A stretch of DNA of 63,870 nt, counting the filler. It is 9 parts of 9 records of this genome, joined end to end, with 100 filler letters (N's around TTAATTAATTAA, not from the genome) between each part and the next. Parts side by side here need not be neighbours in the genome. Positions count along the whole stretch, not along the records: positions 19,671 to 30,272 come from SRR31147125_23905; positions 30,373 to 39,591 come from SRR31147125_23922; 7 more parts are not named here. One strand, given 5' to 3'. Every line of letters starts with the position of its first letter. Within the stretch, counting starts at the first letter, position 1. A program made the position numbers and the translations under genes. The notes beneath the pieces were generated by a model. That model made no database searches. It was not told the DNA's origin and saw only the letters and a program-made list of their open reading frames with translations. Below are positions 24,175 through 38,349 of the stretch, piece after piece.

Positions 24175-26118
24175 CTATTTCTTTTTCTTTCCTTTTTGCA
24201 CTGTTTGTTGCTGCTTAGCCATATCTTCCAAACGCTTTTGAAAACCCGATTTTTTAACCGGCTTTTTCTTATTCGCTTGCAATTGAGCCCTAATTTTGTC
24301 TTCGTTAACAAACTGGCGAATTAAGTAGGTCTGTCCAATTGTAATAAGGTTGGCAAGGAAATAATAGTAACTCAATCCCGATGGGTAGCTATTCAGAATG
24401 AAAAAGAACATAACCGGCATCATGTACATCATTGTTTTCATCCCGGGCATTCCCTGGCTATTGGCAGCCGACTGGTTTAAGCTTGTAGAAATAACTGTAG
24501 TTATTGTCATTAAAATACAGAACAAACTCAAATGATTTCCTAATATATTACTAATTAGTGGAATTTGATAACTCCAGGTAAGAATCGAATCATATGTTGA
24601 AAGGTCGTTTGCCCACAAGAAACTTTGGCCACGCAGCTCAATAGATGTTGGGAAGAAGAAAAACATGGCAAACAAAATAGGCATTTGTAGTACCATTGGT
24701 AAACAGCCTCCCATAGGATTTACCCCGGCTTTTTTATACAGTGCCATGGTAGCCTGTTGTTTTTCCATGGCTTTGTCTTGTCCCGTAAACTTGGCGTTAA
24801 TTTCATCTACCTCGGGTTTTAAGGCACGCATTTTTGCCTGCGACATGTACGATTTGTAGGTGAATGGAAACAGCACCATTTTAATCATTACCGTTAACAG
24901 CAAAATAATAACACCAAAATTATCGATGAATCTTCGTAACCAGTTAAACACCGGAATAATTACATAACGGTTAACCGGGCGAACAATAGCATAACCAAGG
25001 TCTATCTGGCGCTCCATTCCCATATCGTATTGTTTTAGGGTTTGGTAATGGTTAGGGCCAAAGTAAAATTGCATTCCCAGAGTTTCTTTTTGCGAACCCG
25101 AATAAGGAACAGCAATATCAGCACTGAATCGTCCTAAATAATTTTCTTCGGTTTCGTGATCGTACATTTCCTGTCGTACCTGCGCATTCGGGAAAAATTC
25201 GTCGGCAATCAATGTTGTATTGAAAAAGAGCTGTTTAAAACCAATCCACTTAATTCGGGTGGTTAAGTTCTCTTCATCCGATTTACTTTTGCTCAGTTTT
25301 TCAATTTCATCCTGGTAAAATTTATATCCAATATTAGTATGGCTATCCTCCCCAATTCGCGAATAACGCTCCTGACGAGGAACCTCGTAAGCCAGCGAGA
25401 AGTTCAGATACGACTGATTAGCAGCAATGTATTGATTCATTCCCTGCATGTTAATATCAAAATCAACCATGAATGAATTGTGCTCTAATGTATATATATA
25501 CTCGATAAATTTACCAGGCTCAAGTTCTAAACGAAATGTTACTGTCTCTTTTCCTCCCGGATTTTCGAGATTTACCTTAATTCTACCTTCGTCTCCTTTT
25601 TTTACTTCAGGTCCGCTAATAACTACATTCTTTTTTCCACCAACTTGCTTAAAATAAAGCTGTTTTGTTTGAATACTGCGGTTTTGAGCAAAAAAGTTTA
25701 ATCCGAAAAGTGTTTCCGGACCATCGAAAAGCATAAGAGGCAACGAATCGTGGGTCTGATAATTTTTCAACTGAATCGAATAAATTCGTCCTCCTTTATT
25801 AGAAAAGGTGATTATCATCCGGTCGTTTTCCATGGTCGAATATTCTTCTTCGCCAAGTGCAGCAGCACCAAAAACACCAAATTCATCAATTTTGGCTTGT
25901 TTTGATACCGAATCGGCTACCGTAGAAACTTCCTGTTGTACAGTCTGCTGTTCTTCAAGCTTCTGTTGTTCAAGTGCTCTTTGCGTTTGAACTTGTTCTA
26001 TGGAATCCTTAATGTGTTGTTGCTTTGCAATTTCTTCTTCCGATGGCTTCATTAAGAACTGCCACCCAATCAGAATAACAAAAATCAAAAGAATTCCAAT
26101 TATCGATCTTTTATCCAT
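24175..26118 (-). CDS. yidC: Membrane protein insertase YidC
   Basis: N-terminal TM, SNKGG, YFGPN, GVNPMGGCLPMVLQMPI, FLWANDLS, GLSYYYFLAN. Confidence 0.96.
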   Translation of the reverse strand: MDKRSIIGILLIFVILIGWQFLMKPSEEEIAKQQHIKDSIEQVQTQRALEQQKLEEQQTVQQEVSTVADSVSKQAKIDEFGVFGAAALGEEEYSTMENDRMIITFSNKGGRIYSIQLKNYQTHDSLPLMLFDGPETLFGLNFFAQNRSIQTKQLYFKQVGGKKNVVISGPEVKKGDEGRIKVNLENPGGKETVTFRLELEPGKFIEYIYTLEHNSFMVDFDINMQGMNQYIAANQSYLNFSLAYEVPRQERYSRIGEDSHTNIGYKFYQDEIEKLSKSKSDEENLTTRIKWIGFKQLFFNTTLIADEFFPNAQVRQEMYDHETEENYLGRFSADIAVPYSGSQKETLGMQFYFGPNHYQTLKQYDMGMERQIDLGYAIVRPVNRYVIIPVFNWLRRFIDNFGVIILLLTVMIKMVLFPFTYKSYMSQAKMRALKPEVDEINAKFTGQDKAMEKQQATMALYKKAGVNPMGGCLPMVLQMPILFAMFFFFPTSIELRGQSFLWANDLSTYDSILTWSYQIPLISNILGNHLSLFCILMTITTVISTSLNQSAANSQGMPGMKTMMYMMPVMFFFILNSYPSGLSYYYFLANLITIGQTYLIRQFVNEDKIRAQLQANKKKPVKKSGFQKRLEDMAKQQQTVQKGKKKK

Positions 26119-26121
26119 GTT

Positions 26122-27741
<1,620 letters not shown>

Positions 27742-28134
27742 TTATAATTTGAAGCCACAAAATTAATCAATTAAAACGAACCGAAAACTATACAAGACCG
27801 AATTTAGAGGAGATTGCAATTAGTTAATAACAAACAGCTTTTAACAACTACTTTCTATTTAACAATAATTAAGTCGATTTCCCTTGAATATTTTCACACA
27901 ACTGACATTCCGTACGTAAATATCAAAATTCATTCTTTGTTATAGAAATAGAAAGTAATTAAGTAATGTTTTTACTTTTGTACACAATAATAAATTATGC
28001 AAATGCACTTATTTACAGAACATTACAGAATACAAATTGGTGATCAATCATCATATATTTCACAATGTTAAACATTGCGATACATTTGTAACTATTCGTA
28101 TTGTTATAATCAACGGAATTTTTAGCCGGCAATT

Positions 28135-28521
28135 CTATGTAAATCCGAACCTGGAATAGCAATTCGAAACAGCCCCGGCAGTCTTCAAATGATGAGTGGA
28201 AATCAACAACTTATCAATCCCATTTGTAACAAACTGCCCCACATTAACAATGGTTTTGAGATTCGTCTTTTCTGTTTTATGCGATGCTTCAACCGGCACA
28301 GAATCGACATCCTGTTTTACAAAAATAAAATCTAAAACAATTAAAATACCCCTTTTAATACTCGCTAATAAACCAGAACTTTCTTCTTTTAAAAACTGTA
28401 GCTTTTCTACTACAGCATCAATACTGAAGGAGTTTTCTGACTCATCATCAAAGAAATCGAAGCAGAAATTTGCATAATCAGTCTCAATCTGCTCCAAACT
28501 AACAGTTAAAATTTTAACCAT
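28135..28521 (-). CDS. Hypothetical protein
   Basis: 128-aa ORF with an A-rich Bacteroidota-style leader; no recognised motif. Confidence 0.45.
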   Translation of the reverse strand: MVKILTVSLEQIETDYANFCFDFFDDESENSFSIDAVVEKLQFLKEESSGLLASIKRGILIVLDFIFVKQDVDSVPVEASHKTEKTNLKTIVNVGQFVTNGIDKLLISTHHLKTAGAVSNCYSRFGFT

Positions 28522-28688
28522 ACCTTTTTGTTTTTAGTTTAATCCAAAATCATTCTTCCACAGAGCAAATTTCAGCAGTAATTGGCCTATAAAACAAGTA
28601 ATTAAATAACAAATTGAGGTTCATTATTCGTTTAGCTTAAGCAATTAACCTCAAATTTAATTTAGTATTTTATACTTTGCTTATGGTA

Positions 28689-28715
28689 TTAATTAAACAA
28701 AATTTGCTTAATTAA
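28689..28715. promoter_or_regulatory. 27-bp near-perfect palindrome, candidate operator
   Basis: TTAATTAAACAAA-A-TTTGCTTAATTAA (one mismatch), next to TAGCTTTG at 28727-28734. Confidence 0.4.
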
Positions 28716-28739
28716 ATAAATCACAATAGCTTTGTAAAT

Positions 28740-29888
28740 GTGAAAAAGGAATACAAATATTACGAGTACGATCCGGGGCAGGCGGTGGTATATTTACTGT
28801 CTTCAACCATTGGAGAATCAGAGATTAATGCAGTTTCTTGTTTTTTATCGCCTAACCGAAACAACCATGATATTTATTCATGTATTAACGGGGAGTTTAA
28901 AAAAGTAATTAATCAAAAACCTTATGAGCTTCCTGAGCGGGGCAATAATGAAGATTTGTTTGTTGAAATAAAGAAACTATCGCAAACTCCGAAAACAGTA
29001 CAAAATATTATTAAACCACAGAAAACCCTCTACGATTTTGAAAAAGGGAATGATGATGTTATTATATTACGTTTTACAAATGTAAAAGATAAAAATCAAG
29101 ATTGCATATACCTATTCATTAACAACGACTTACAGAAATCTATCGGCACGGCACTCAGCAAAATATCGGGAGCGAAAGAAAAATCGGTAATATCAGCTGA
29201 TTTAGTTTTATTTTACTTCAACCTTATTTATCCGATGCTTAAAGAGTTTGTGAATATTGAGTATAAAAAATACCAGTACTTTGATGAAGTTACCACGACT
29301 CTTGAAAATACCATAAAAAGCAAGACTAAACTGCTTGAGAAAATTGAGGAATTAAGGAATGCTCAGAAATCAGGTCTCGAAAATGAGATAATGGCTATTT
29401 TAAAAGAAAAATCCGGTAAGGACGGACCGCAAATTCAACTATCTAAAGCAGCAAAAGACTACATATTAAAATACAAGGGTGATGAAAAGGCTTTACTGAA
29501 AGCAATTAACGAGGCCGCCGATTTTGTGAAGAAGATGTACATGCTGAATCGGAATGAGAAACTTGAAATAGATCTGAATTACATTGAAATTAACATTGAA
29601 AAAGAAGGCCATTTAACAGGTATTCCTGAGAAAAAGCGGAAAGAAAAAGCCCGCTTCTATTTAGATAAATACGAAGAGGCTGCCTCTCAGGCGCTGCAAT
29701 TCAAAAAGAAAGTGAATATAAAGCTGATAGCTGATTATACGCATCCAAAAGCAGTTCAACCTCCTGCTGTAAGTGCTAATATTAGCAAATACAAGGAGGA
29801 GATTAGATATTTGCTTCAGGGCTACCCGGACAAATGGGAGAATTTACGCACTCGATTCAGCCCGGTAAAAGCATTGGCAAACGAATAA
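28740..29888 (+). CDS. Hypothetical protein, possible degenerate sigma54-activator-like regulator
   Basis: 382-aa ORF with a coiled coil, QLSKAAKDYILKYKGDEKALLKAINEA (AAA-lid-like) and an HTH-like C-terminus. Confidence 0.55.
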   Translation: MKKEYKYYEYDPGQAVVYLLSSTIGESEINAVSCFLSPNRNNHDIYSCINGEFKKVINQKPYELPERGNNEDLFVEIKKLSQTPKTVQNIIKPQKTLYDFEKGNDDVIILRFTNVKDKNQDCIYLFINNDLQKSIGTALSKISGAKEKSVISADLVLFYFNLIYPMLKEFVNIEYKKYQYFDEVTTTLENTIKSKTKLLEKIEELRNAQKSGLENEIMAILKEKSGKDGPQIQLSKAAKDYILKYKGDEKALLKAINEAADFVKKMYMLNRNEKLEIDLNYIEINIEKEGHLTGIPEKKRKEKARFYLDKYEEAASQALQFKKKVNIKLIADYTHPKAVQPPAVSANISKYKEEIRYLLQGYPDKWENLRTRFSPVKALANE

Positions 29889-29908
29889 AGAAAATTCTTA
29901 AAGTGACT

Positions 29909-29934
29909 ATTCCCGAGACAAAACCTCGGGGAAT
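29909..29934. terminator. Hairpin between convergent genes
   Basis: ATTCCCGAG-acaaaac-CTCGGGGAAT. Confidence 0.5.
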
Positions 29935-29942
29935 TCTCTTGA

Positions 29943-30272
29943 TTAAACCATTTCGCTTTTTAGTTGCTCTACCCACTTTTCAACACGGCCTTGTGTTAAT
30001 CTTGCCTGGTTTTCCTGGTCGAGCGGCAAACCAATAAATTTATCTCCACGCTGAGCTTTCGACGATTCGTAAGTATAATCATCTACAGAGGTTTGTCCAA
30101 CAAGTGTTGCTCCGTATTCTTCAAGAATTTTGGCCAATAAACCAATTGCATCGCAAAAATTCTCGGGATATCCTTTCTGATCACCAAGCCCAAAAATGGC
30201 AAAACGTTTTCCTTTTAAATCCATTTCTTCCAAATCGGGAATAAATTCATCCCAATAATTAGGTAATTCTCC
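29943..30272 (-). CDS. Long-chain flavodoxin, 5' truncated
   Basis: GELPNYWDEFIP, AIFGLGDQKGYPENFCDA, FIGLPLDQENQ. Confidence 0.92.
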   Translation of the reverse strand, partial: GELPNYWDEFIPDLEEMDLKGKRFAIFGLGDQKGYPENFCDAIGLLAKILEEYGATLVGQTSVDDYTYESSKAQRGDKFIGLPLDQENQARLTQGRVEKWVEQLKSEMV

Positions 30273-30372
30273 NNNNNNNNNNNNNNNNNNNNNNNNNNNN
30301 NNNNNNNNNNNNNNNNTTAATTAATTAANNNNNNNNNNNNNNNNNNNNNNNNNNNNNNNNNNNNNNNNNNNN
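30273..30372. other. Artificial contig spacer
   Basis: N44-TTAATTAATTAA-N44. Confidence 0.99.
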
Positions 30373-31872
30373 CCATATCAAGGTCTTCACTCAATAATTC
30401 TGAAACCTTGAGGAAGAACGCATCCATGACGAGAGGATCCGGAATATCCAGGATTCTGCTCGTTTTGATCAGATTGTGAAACCGATCCTGTGTCAGATTG
30501 TCCCGTTCTATGACAATATCCCGCAACTCGGTAAGCAGGCTGTCTGTGGAAAGCTCCTTATCCTTCGCAACAAGCTTTTCCAATACATAAATAAGTGCGG
30601 AATGCTGGGAAGCCTTCTCCTTTGCATACGTCTTATACCAGATGGCTCCTGCAGACAGAAAAACCAGTGTAAAAAAGATGACCAGGGAACCCATTTCGAT
30701 CAAAAGGAATACTCCTGACAGGATACCCATTATTTGAAGGTAGGGATAAAAAGGAGCCTTGAATTTCGGTTTGTAACTCAGGATTCTGCTCTCACGGAAC
30801 ATTATGAGTGTAAAATTCGCAAACATAAACAGTATTATCAAAACACTGGATGCGACTTTCACCAGCAGCTCCAGTTTCAGAAAGGCTATGACCGCCAGGG
30901 TAAAACTTCCGGTGAAAAGTATGGCAACATAGGGACTTCCGAACCGCGAACTGATCCTTTGAAAAAAGTGAGGCAGAAGATTGTCCCTGCTCATGCCCAG
31001 AGGATACCGGGATGCCGCCATGATTCCGGCATTGGCAGTGGAGATAAAGGCAAAGAAAGCGCTGAGCCCGATGGCGACGACCAGGACATCCCCGCCGAAG
31101 ATCCCTGCTCCATCGGAAATGGGGGTAAGGGTGTTTTCCAGGTTCCCCGGTTCCATCACCCCTATGGTGACAAAGAGAACAGAGGTATAAACCACTGTGA
31201 TCGCCCCGAGAGACAGCATCATCCCCAGAGGGATATTCCTGCCCGGGTGCTTGATCTCTTCCGCCAGCGCCGCGATTTTGGTTAACCCGCCGTATGAAAT
31301 AAAGATAAAACTGGCTGTTGCCAGGACCGGATTGATCCCTTTACCGAAGAAGGGTGTAAAATTGTCATATTTAATATGGGGAAAGCCCACAATAACATAG
31401 ATAAAAAGAATCGTCAGAAGACCGGCTACCAGAAGAACCTGAAACAAGGCAGCCTCTTTTACTCCCAGCAGGTTCAGTACGATAAAAAAGACACAGCAGA
31501 TCAGTGCAACCGTATTTAAGGGCAAATTAATGAAAAGGCTGATATACGCCCCCATTCCCAGAAGAGCAAAGGCACTCTTCAGGCTCAGGGAAAACCAGGC
31601 GCTCATACCGGCGACGGTACCCATCAAAGGTCCGAATCCTCTCATAATGAAGAAATAATCCCCCCTGCTTTCGGCATGGCGGTCGTCAGTTCCGCCTTGC
31701 TGAGAGCTGTCGGAATTGCCAGGATTCCCGCCAGTATATAGGAAATCATTACAGCCGGTCCCGCTTTTGCATATGCCAGCCCGGGCAGGATGAAGAGGCC
31801 GGAACTGATCATGGCTCCCGAAGCGATACAGAACACATCGAGCAGCGACAGCTTTCTTTTGATTTGTCCCAT
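30373..31872 (-). CDS. APC-family amino acid permease, copy 1, probably EIIA-fused; frameshift near 31660-31665; 3' truncated
   Basis: ATG 31872 after GAAGGAG; SGAMISSGLFILPG, AELTTAMPKAGG, then DYFFIMRGFGP in the next frame; AEEIKHPGRNIP; collinear with copy 2. Confidence 0.88.
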
Positions 31873-32050
31873 AATATCTCCTTCACTGTTCATATAAAGC
31901 TGATGGAAAAGAGATCCTGTCAGTTTAATTATTCGCGATGCATCGGGGTCTGTCAAAAATACATCAACGGAGGACTTGCCGGCGGAAAAGTATTATACGC
32001 CGGGAATGCCGGGAAACGGGGATTGGTTAGATTATACGGGTTCCGAATGG

Positions 32051-32070
32051 CGGTCCGGGGGACCGGACCG
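32051..32070. other. Perfect 8-bp GC hairpin with GGGA loop in the divergent spacer
   Basis: CGGTCCGG-ggga-CCGGACCG. Confidence 0.45.
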
Positions 32071-32270
32071 GCTTGCCGAAGTTATCAGTGAAAATAAAGA
32101 CTCACATGTTTTAGTTAGATATTTCCAATAAGAACCGTTCTGTCGACTTAAGATCATATAAATATACGAATATCCGATTGACAATTACATCTAATCCTAA
32201 TTTTTAATTGAGAGAACATTGGCATTTAATAATTATTTTCAATTAGAATATAGTGATAAGAGGGAATATT

Positions 32271-34106
32271 ATGGATCTGAGAAAAGGTATAAGTTTTTGG
32301 GGAGTATTTAGTATAGCCTCTGGTGCAATGATAAGCTCTGGTTTATTCATTTTACCAGGACTTGCTTTTTCGAAAGCCGGACCTGCCGTATTAATTTCAT
32401 ATTTGATAGCTGGTATTTTGGCGCTGATGGGAATCTTAAGTATAGTCGAACTAATTACAGCTATGCCTAAAGCCGGAGGGGATTATTATATAATAAATAA
32501 AACATTTGGCCCTATGTTGGGGACAATTTCCGGGTTTCTGGGTTGGTTTGCACTTTCCTTGAAAAGCGCATTTGCGATATTTGGTATATCGGAAATTATA
32601 TATCTTTATACTGGAATCACTCAATCTTTGTCTGCTTTACTTCTGTGTATATTTTTTGTATCAGTTAATATTAAGGGAATCAGAGAAGCAGCAATATTTC
32701 AGATTATAATGGTTTTTGTTTTAATATCCTCGATTGTTATTTATATTATAATTGGTTTACCACAAATCCAATCATCACATTTTAAACCATTCTTAACGGG
32801 TGAAATCAATGAGATCTTGATTACTTCAGGTTTTATTTTTATATCTTTTGGCGGTTTACTTAAAGTAGCAAATATATCTGAAGAAGTCATAAATCCAAAA
32901 AGAAACATTCCACTAGGAATGATATCGTCAGTTATTGTTGTTACTATTCTATACACATTGGTAACTTATGTGATAACCGGTACATTAAATCCATCAGTTT
33001 TCAAAGACTCCCTAACACCTGTAGCAGATTCTGCAAAGATTATCATGGGAAATGCTGGATATATAATGATAATCATTGCATCTTTGCTGGCTTTTTTTAC
33101 TACTGCCAATGCTGGGATCATGTCTGCTTCTCGATATCCATTAGCTCTAAGCCGAGATCAATTATTACCAAGCCAGCTTAGTATAGTTCACGGAAAATAT
33201 AAGACACCAGTAATTTCTACAATTATTACAGGGATAATCATCTATCTGTCTCTACTACTACCTTTGGAAGTTCTTGTAAAATCTGCATCAACAGTAATTT
33301 TAACATCGTATGTATTAACTAATATTTCAGTTATCATTTTGAGAGAAAGTAAAATAATAAATTACAAACCATCTTTCAAAACTCCTTTTTATCCTTTTTT
33401 ACAGATTTTTAGTTTCATTTTGTTTACTTTCTTCATTGTAGATCTTGGTAAAGATGCAATAGAAATTAGCTTGATTTTTCTCTTTTTAAGTTTCTGTGTT
33501 TATATATTTTATGGGAAGAAAATTAAAAGTAGAGAATCAGCTCTTTTGCATCTAATGAAGAGAATTACAGATAACAGATTGACTGAAAATATTATCGAAG
33601 ATGAACTGAGAGAGATTCTAATTAATAGAGACAATATAGAACAGGACAATTTTGATAAACTAATTAAAGAATCAGAAGTCATTGATATCGATGAAACGTT
33701 ATCTTTTGAAAACCTTTTAAATAAGATAGTTAATGATCTAACAGACGAGATCGGTGTGAATAAAGAAGAACTTATCTCCTTTTTTTAGAAAGACAGAAGG
33801 AGTGCAATACAGCTATTTCAGATTTCCTTGCGATTCCTCACATTATTATTGATGGCGAGAATAAGATGTTCATGAGAATAATTAGATGTAGGTCAGGGAT
33901 TAAATTCACTGAAAATGAGAATTCAGTAAAGGCTGTATTCCTATTTGGAGGGACACAGGATAAAAGGGTTCTACATCTAAAGACAATCATGTCGATGGCA
34001 ACGCTTGTTGAAAATAAAGATTTTCAAAAGAAATGGATACAATCTGATGGAATTGTTGAATTAAAAAAACCTGATGATATTAAGCAGCAGAAAACGGTTT
34101 TATTAA
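32271..34106 (+). CDS. APC-family permease fused to PTS EIIA(Ntr/Fru)-like domain, copy 2; homopolymer frameshifts near 33780 and 34065
   Basis: SGAMISSGLFILPG, MPKAGGDY, SEEVINPKRNIP; corrected tail reads LERQKECNTAISDFLAIPHIII...RVLHLK. Confidence 0.87.
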
Positions 34107-34254
34107 TATCTTCTATTGGGCAATATGGTCTTCAAATAGAAGGCTGAAAAGAACATACGCATTAAAGATGAAGATATCGATTACTCATAGATTCTTTCAA
34201 GCACCAGGGGAAAGGCTACTAGAAATAACCGCCCCGGAAAAGGGCGGCGGAATA

Positions 34255-35931
<1,677 letters not shown>

Positions 35932-35942
<11 letters not shown>

Positions 35943-37281
35943 AGGCCAGTCTCCTTCCTGCCAGTTCATTCTTCATGGTATCACACTGGTCATCGTTGAG
36001 GGGGTACAGCAGCATCAGAAGGATGGTCAGTGCGCATCCGGCTGCCGGGACATAACTCATCATAAGCCGCAGACCGTTGACGGCCTGAGCACTCTGCGCC
36101 GCACCTGCCTGATACCCGAAGAAGGTCAGAAGAGCACCTGTCAGAGCGCCGCCCAGCCCCATACCGAACTTGTGGGAAAACGTCGCGGCGGAGAAGACGA
36201 TACCGGTCTTCCGCATATTGAATTTCCACTCTGCGTAGTCAGCGGTGTCGCCGATCATGGCCCAGAGCAGGGGAACGGTCATCATCATCCCGGCGGTTCC
36301 GATAACCTGGAGGGCATAGAGGAGTCCGAGATTCTGGGGTGATACGTAGTAGAAGACAACGTAGGATGCGATGGCAACGGCCTGTCCCAGGATAAAGGTC
36401 CCTTTCTTGCCGAGCAGACTGGAAACCGGTTTGGTCAGGATAACCGCCAGGATTCCGGTGACCGAGCCCAGAGTCATAAACAGACCGGCCTTGCTCTGGT
36501 CGCCCACCACATAGGTGAAGTAGTACATGACCACGCCCATCCGGACGATGAAGAAGGTGAAAGTCGCCACGCCCACCAGGAAGATAATGATCCAGGGCCT
36601 GTTCTTTGTCAGCATCCTGAGATCTTCCTTCAGACTGGTTTTCTGACCCGCCGGAGGTGCGACCCGCTCTTTCGTACTGCTGAAACAGATGAAGAACAGG
36701 ATAACGGCAATGATACCGTAGACCCCCATAGTCAGGGAGAATCCTTTCGCCTGGTCGCCCTTTCCGAGCATACCAACCAGGGGCAGGGTTCCTGCTGCAA
36801 CGATCAGCCCGCCCACGTTGGCCAGTCCCATCCGGAAGGCGCTGAGGGTGGTCCGTTCCCGGTGGTCTGCGGTGATGACTCCCGACAGGGCGGAATAAGG
36901 AATATTGATCGCCGTATAGGCCATCATCAGCAGGATGTATGTCACCCAGGCGTAGACGATCTTGCCGCCGCCGCTCAGGGAGGGAGTGGAAAAGGTCAGA
37001 AAAGCCAGGAACGCGAAGGGCACGGCAAACCAGAGCAGATAGGGGCGGAACTTGCCCCATTTTGTGTTCGTCCGGTCCGCAACGGCCCCCATGATGGGAT
37101 CGTTGACCGCATCCCATATCCGGGAAAAGAGGAACAGGGTTCCCATGGCGGCGGCGGGAATACCGAAGATATCGGTATAGAAGAAGGTCAGGTACATGGT
37201 GACCATGTTGAATACGAAGTTGCTGGCCGTATCGCCCAGACCGTATCCGATTTTTTCCTTCAGAGAAATTCTGTCAGACAT
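35932..37281 (-). CDS. GPH-family (MFS) glycoside/sugar:cation symporter
   Basis: KIGYGLGD, FYTDIFG, DAVNDPIMG, WGKFRPYLL, NIPYSAL. Confidence 0.93.
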
Positions 37282-38213
37282 TATTCATCTCCTTCGATCA
37301 GTTTGATCAGGGATTCATCGTTTTCCAGTCCGGCATGCCAGGAAGCGGAAAGGAGTTCGATGGTGATATAGCGGTGATTCAGCATATCCTCGTCGTTCAG
37401 GGGATCGGGTGTTTCGGGAATGCTCATCATCTCCTTCGAGGGAACGGGAACGGCGACGCCGTCTTCCACAACCTGATAGACGAACTGATGATTGGCGGGC
37501 CGGGGATTCACAGGCCAGGCGATTCCCTGAATGTCCTCTTTGGCCCAGGCGGGATAGTTAATGGAAAGGCCGGTGCCCACGGGCAGTACGGTCCCGGTGT
37601 TCTTCCAGTTTTCATTCAGCCGGTCCACCAGGTCGGCGGTGAAAACAACGGCTTCGGGAAGATAAACCATGGTACTGGGGAATCCTTCCTTCATCTCCTC
37701 CATCCGGAATCCGACGCTGGAAGCGATGGCGGGAAAGCCGTGTTTGACCGCTCTCATGGCGCCGCCGACGGTACCGGAATTGAACTGGGATACACCCACA
37801 TTGGGCCCGTCGTTGACGCCGGAAATCACAAGGTCCGGGGGATTGTCCGCCATCAGGGCGGTCAGGCCCAGGAGCAGGCAGTCCGACGGGGTGCCGGGCA
37901 TGTAGTAGTGGTTGCCGCCGATGTTTGTAAAGCGGACGGGTTTTCCGGGTTTGAAGGTGATGGCGGTGCCGATGCCGCTCTGATTGGTTTCGGGTGCAAC
38001 GGACCAGACTTCATATCCCCGCTCTTCCAGCAGGCCGGCCAGCTGACGGATACCGATGCTTTCATATCCGTCGTCATTGACCAGCAGGATCCGCATGGGC
38101 CGGTCGGGAGCGGCCGGATTCATATCATTGCCCTGTACTTCCTTCTTTCCCGATGCATGGACGGAAAGGATCAGGGCAAAAGCCAGGGTTATTACAGTTA
38201 TGAGTTTTTTCAT
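37281..38213 (-). CDS. surE: SurE-family phosphatase/nucleotidase with N-terminal signal peptide
   Basis: ILLVNDDG, APETNQSG, GTPSDC, DLVISGVNDGPN, SGTVGGA; hydrophobic leader. Confidence 0.85.
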   Translation of the reverse strand: MKKLITVITLAFALILSVHASGKKEVQGNDMNPAAPDRPMRILLVNDDGYESIGIRQLAGLLEERGYEVWSVAPETNQSGIGTAITFKPGKPVRFTNIGGNHYYMPGTPSDCLLLGLTALMADNPPDLVISGVNDGPNVGVSQFNSGTVGGAMRAVKHGFPAIASSVGFRMEEMKEGFPSTMVYLPEAVVFTADLVDRLNENWKNTGTVLPVGTGLSINYPAWAKEDIQGIAWPVNPRPANHQFVYQVVEDGVAVPVPSKEMMSIPETPDPLNDEDMLNHRYITIELLSASWHAGLENDESLIKLIEGDE

Positions 38214-38349
38214 CTGCGCCTCCTTAAGACTGACTTCAGTATGAGGCCGGTCCGGCGGGACGTCTTTCCCTTATTTGATCTGGATGTTGGGTGTTTTTTT
38301 ACCCTTTGCGGCCCTCAAGCCCCTTTTCCCAGCCACTGGTTGAGAATTT

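Noticed and set aside
28081-28180. Plus-strand structured RNA after a TACATTTG element (GCCGG...CCGGC)
   Set aside because: Pairing is short, overlaps the end of a minus-strand ORF and matches no family I recognise.
31873-32270. c-di-AMP, glycine or lysine riboswitch in the spacer between the APC permeases
   Set aside because: I could not find the conserved core motifs; only one short GC hairpin is evident.
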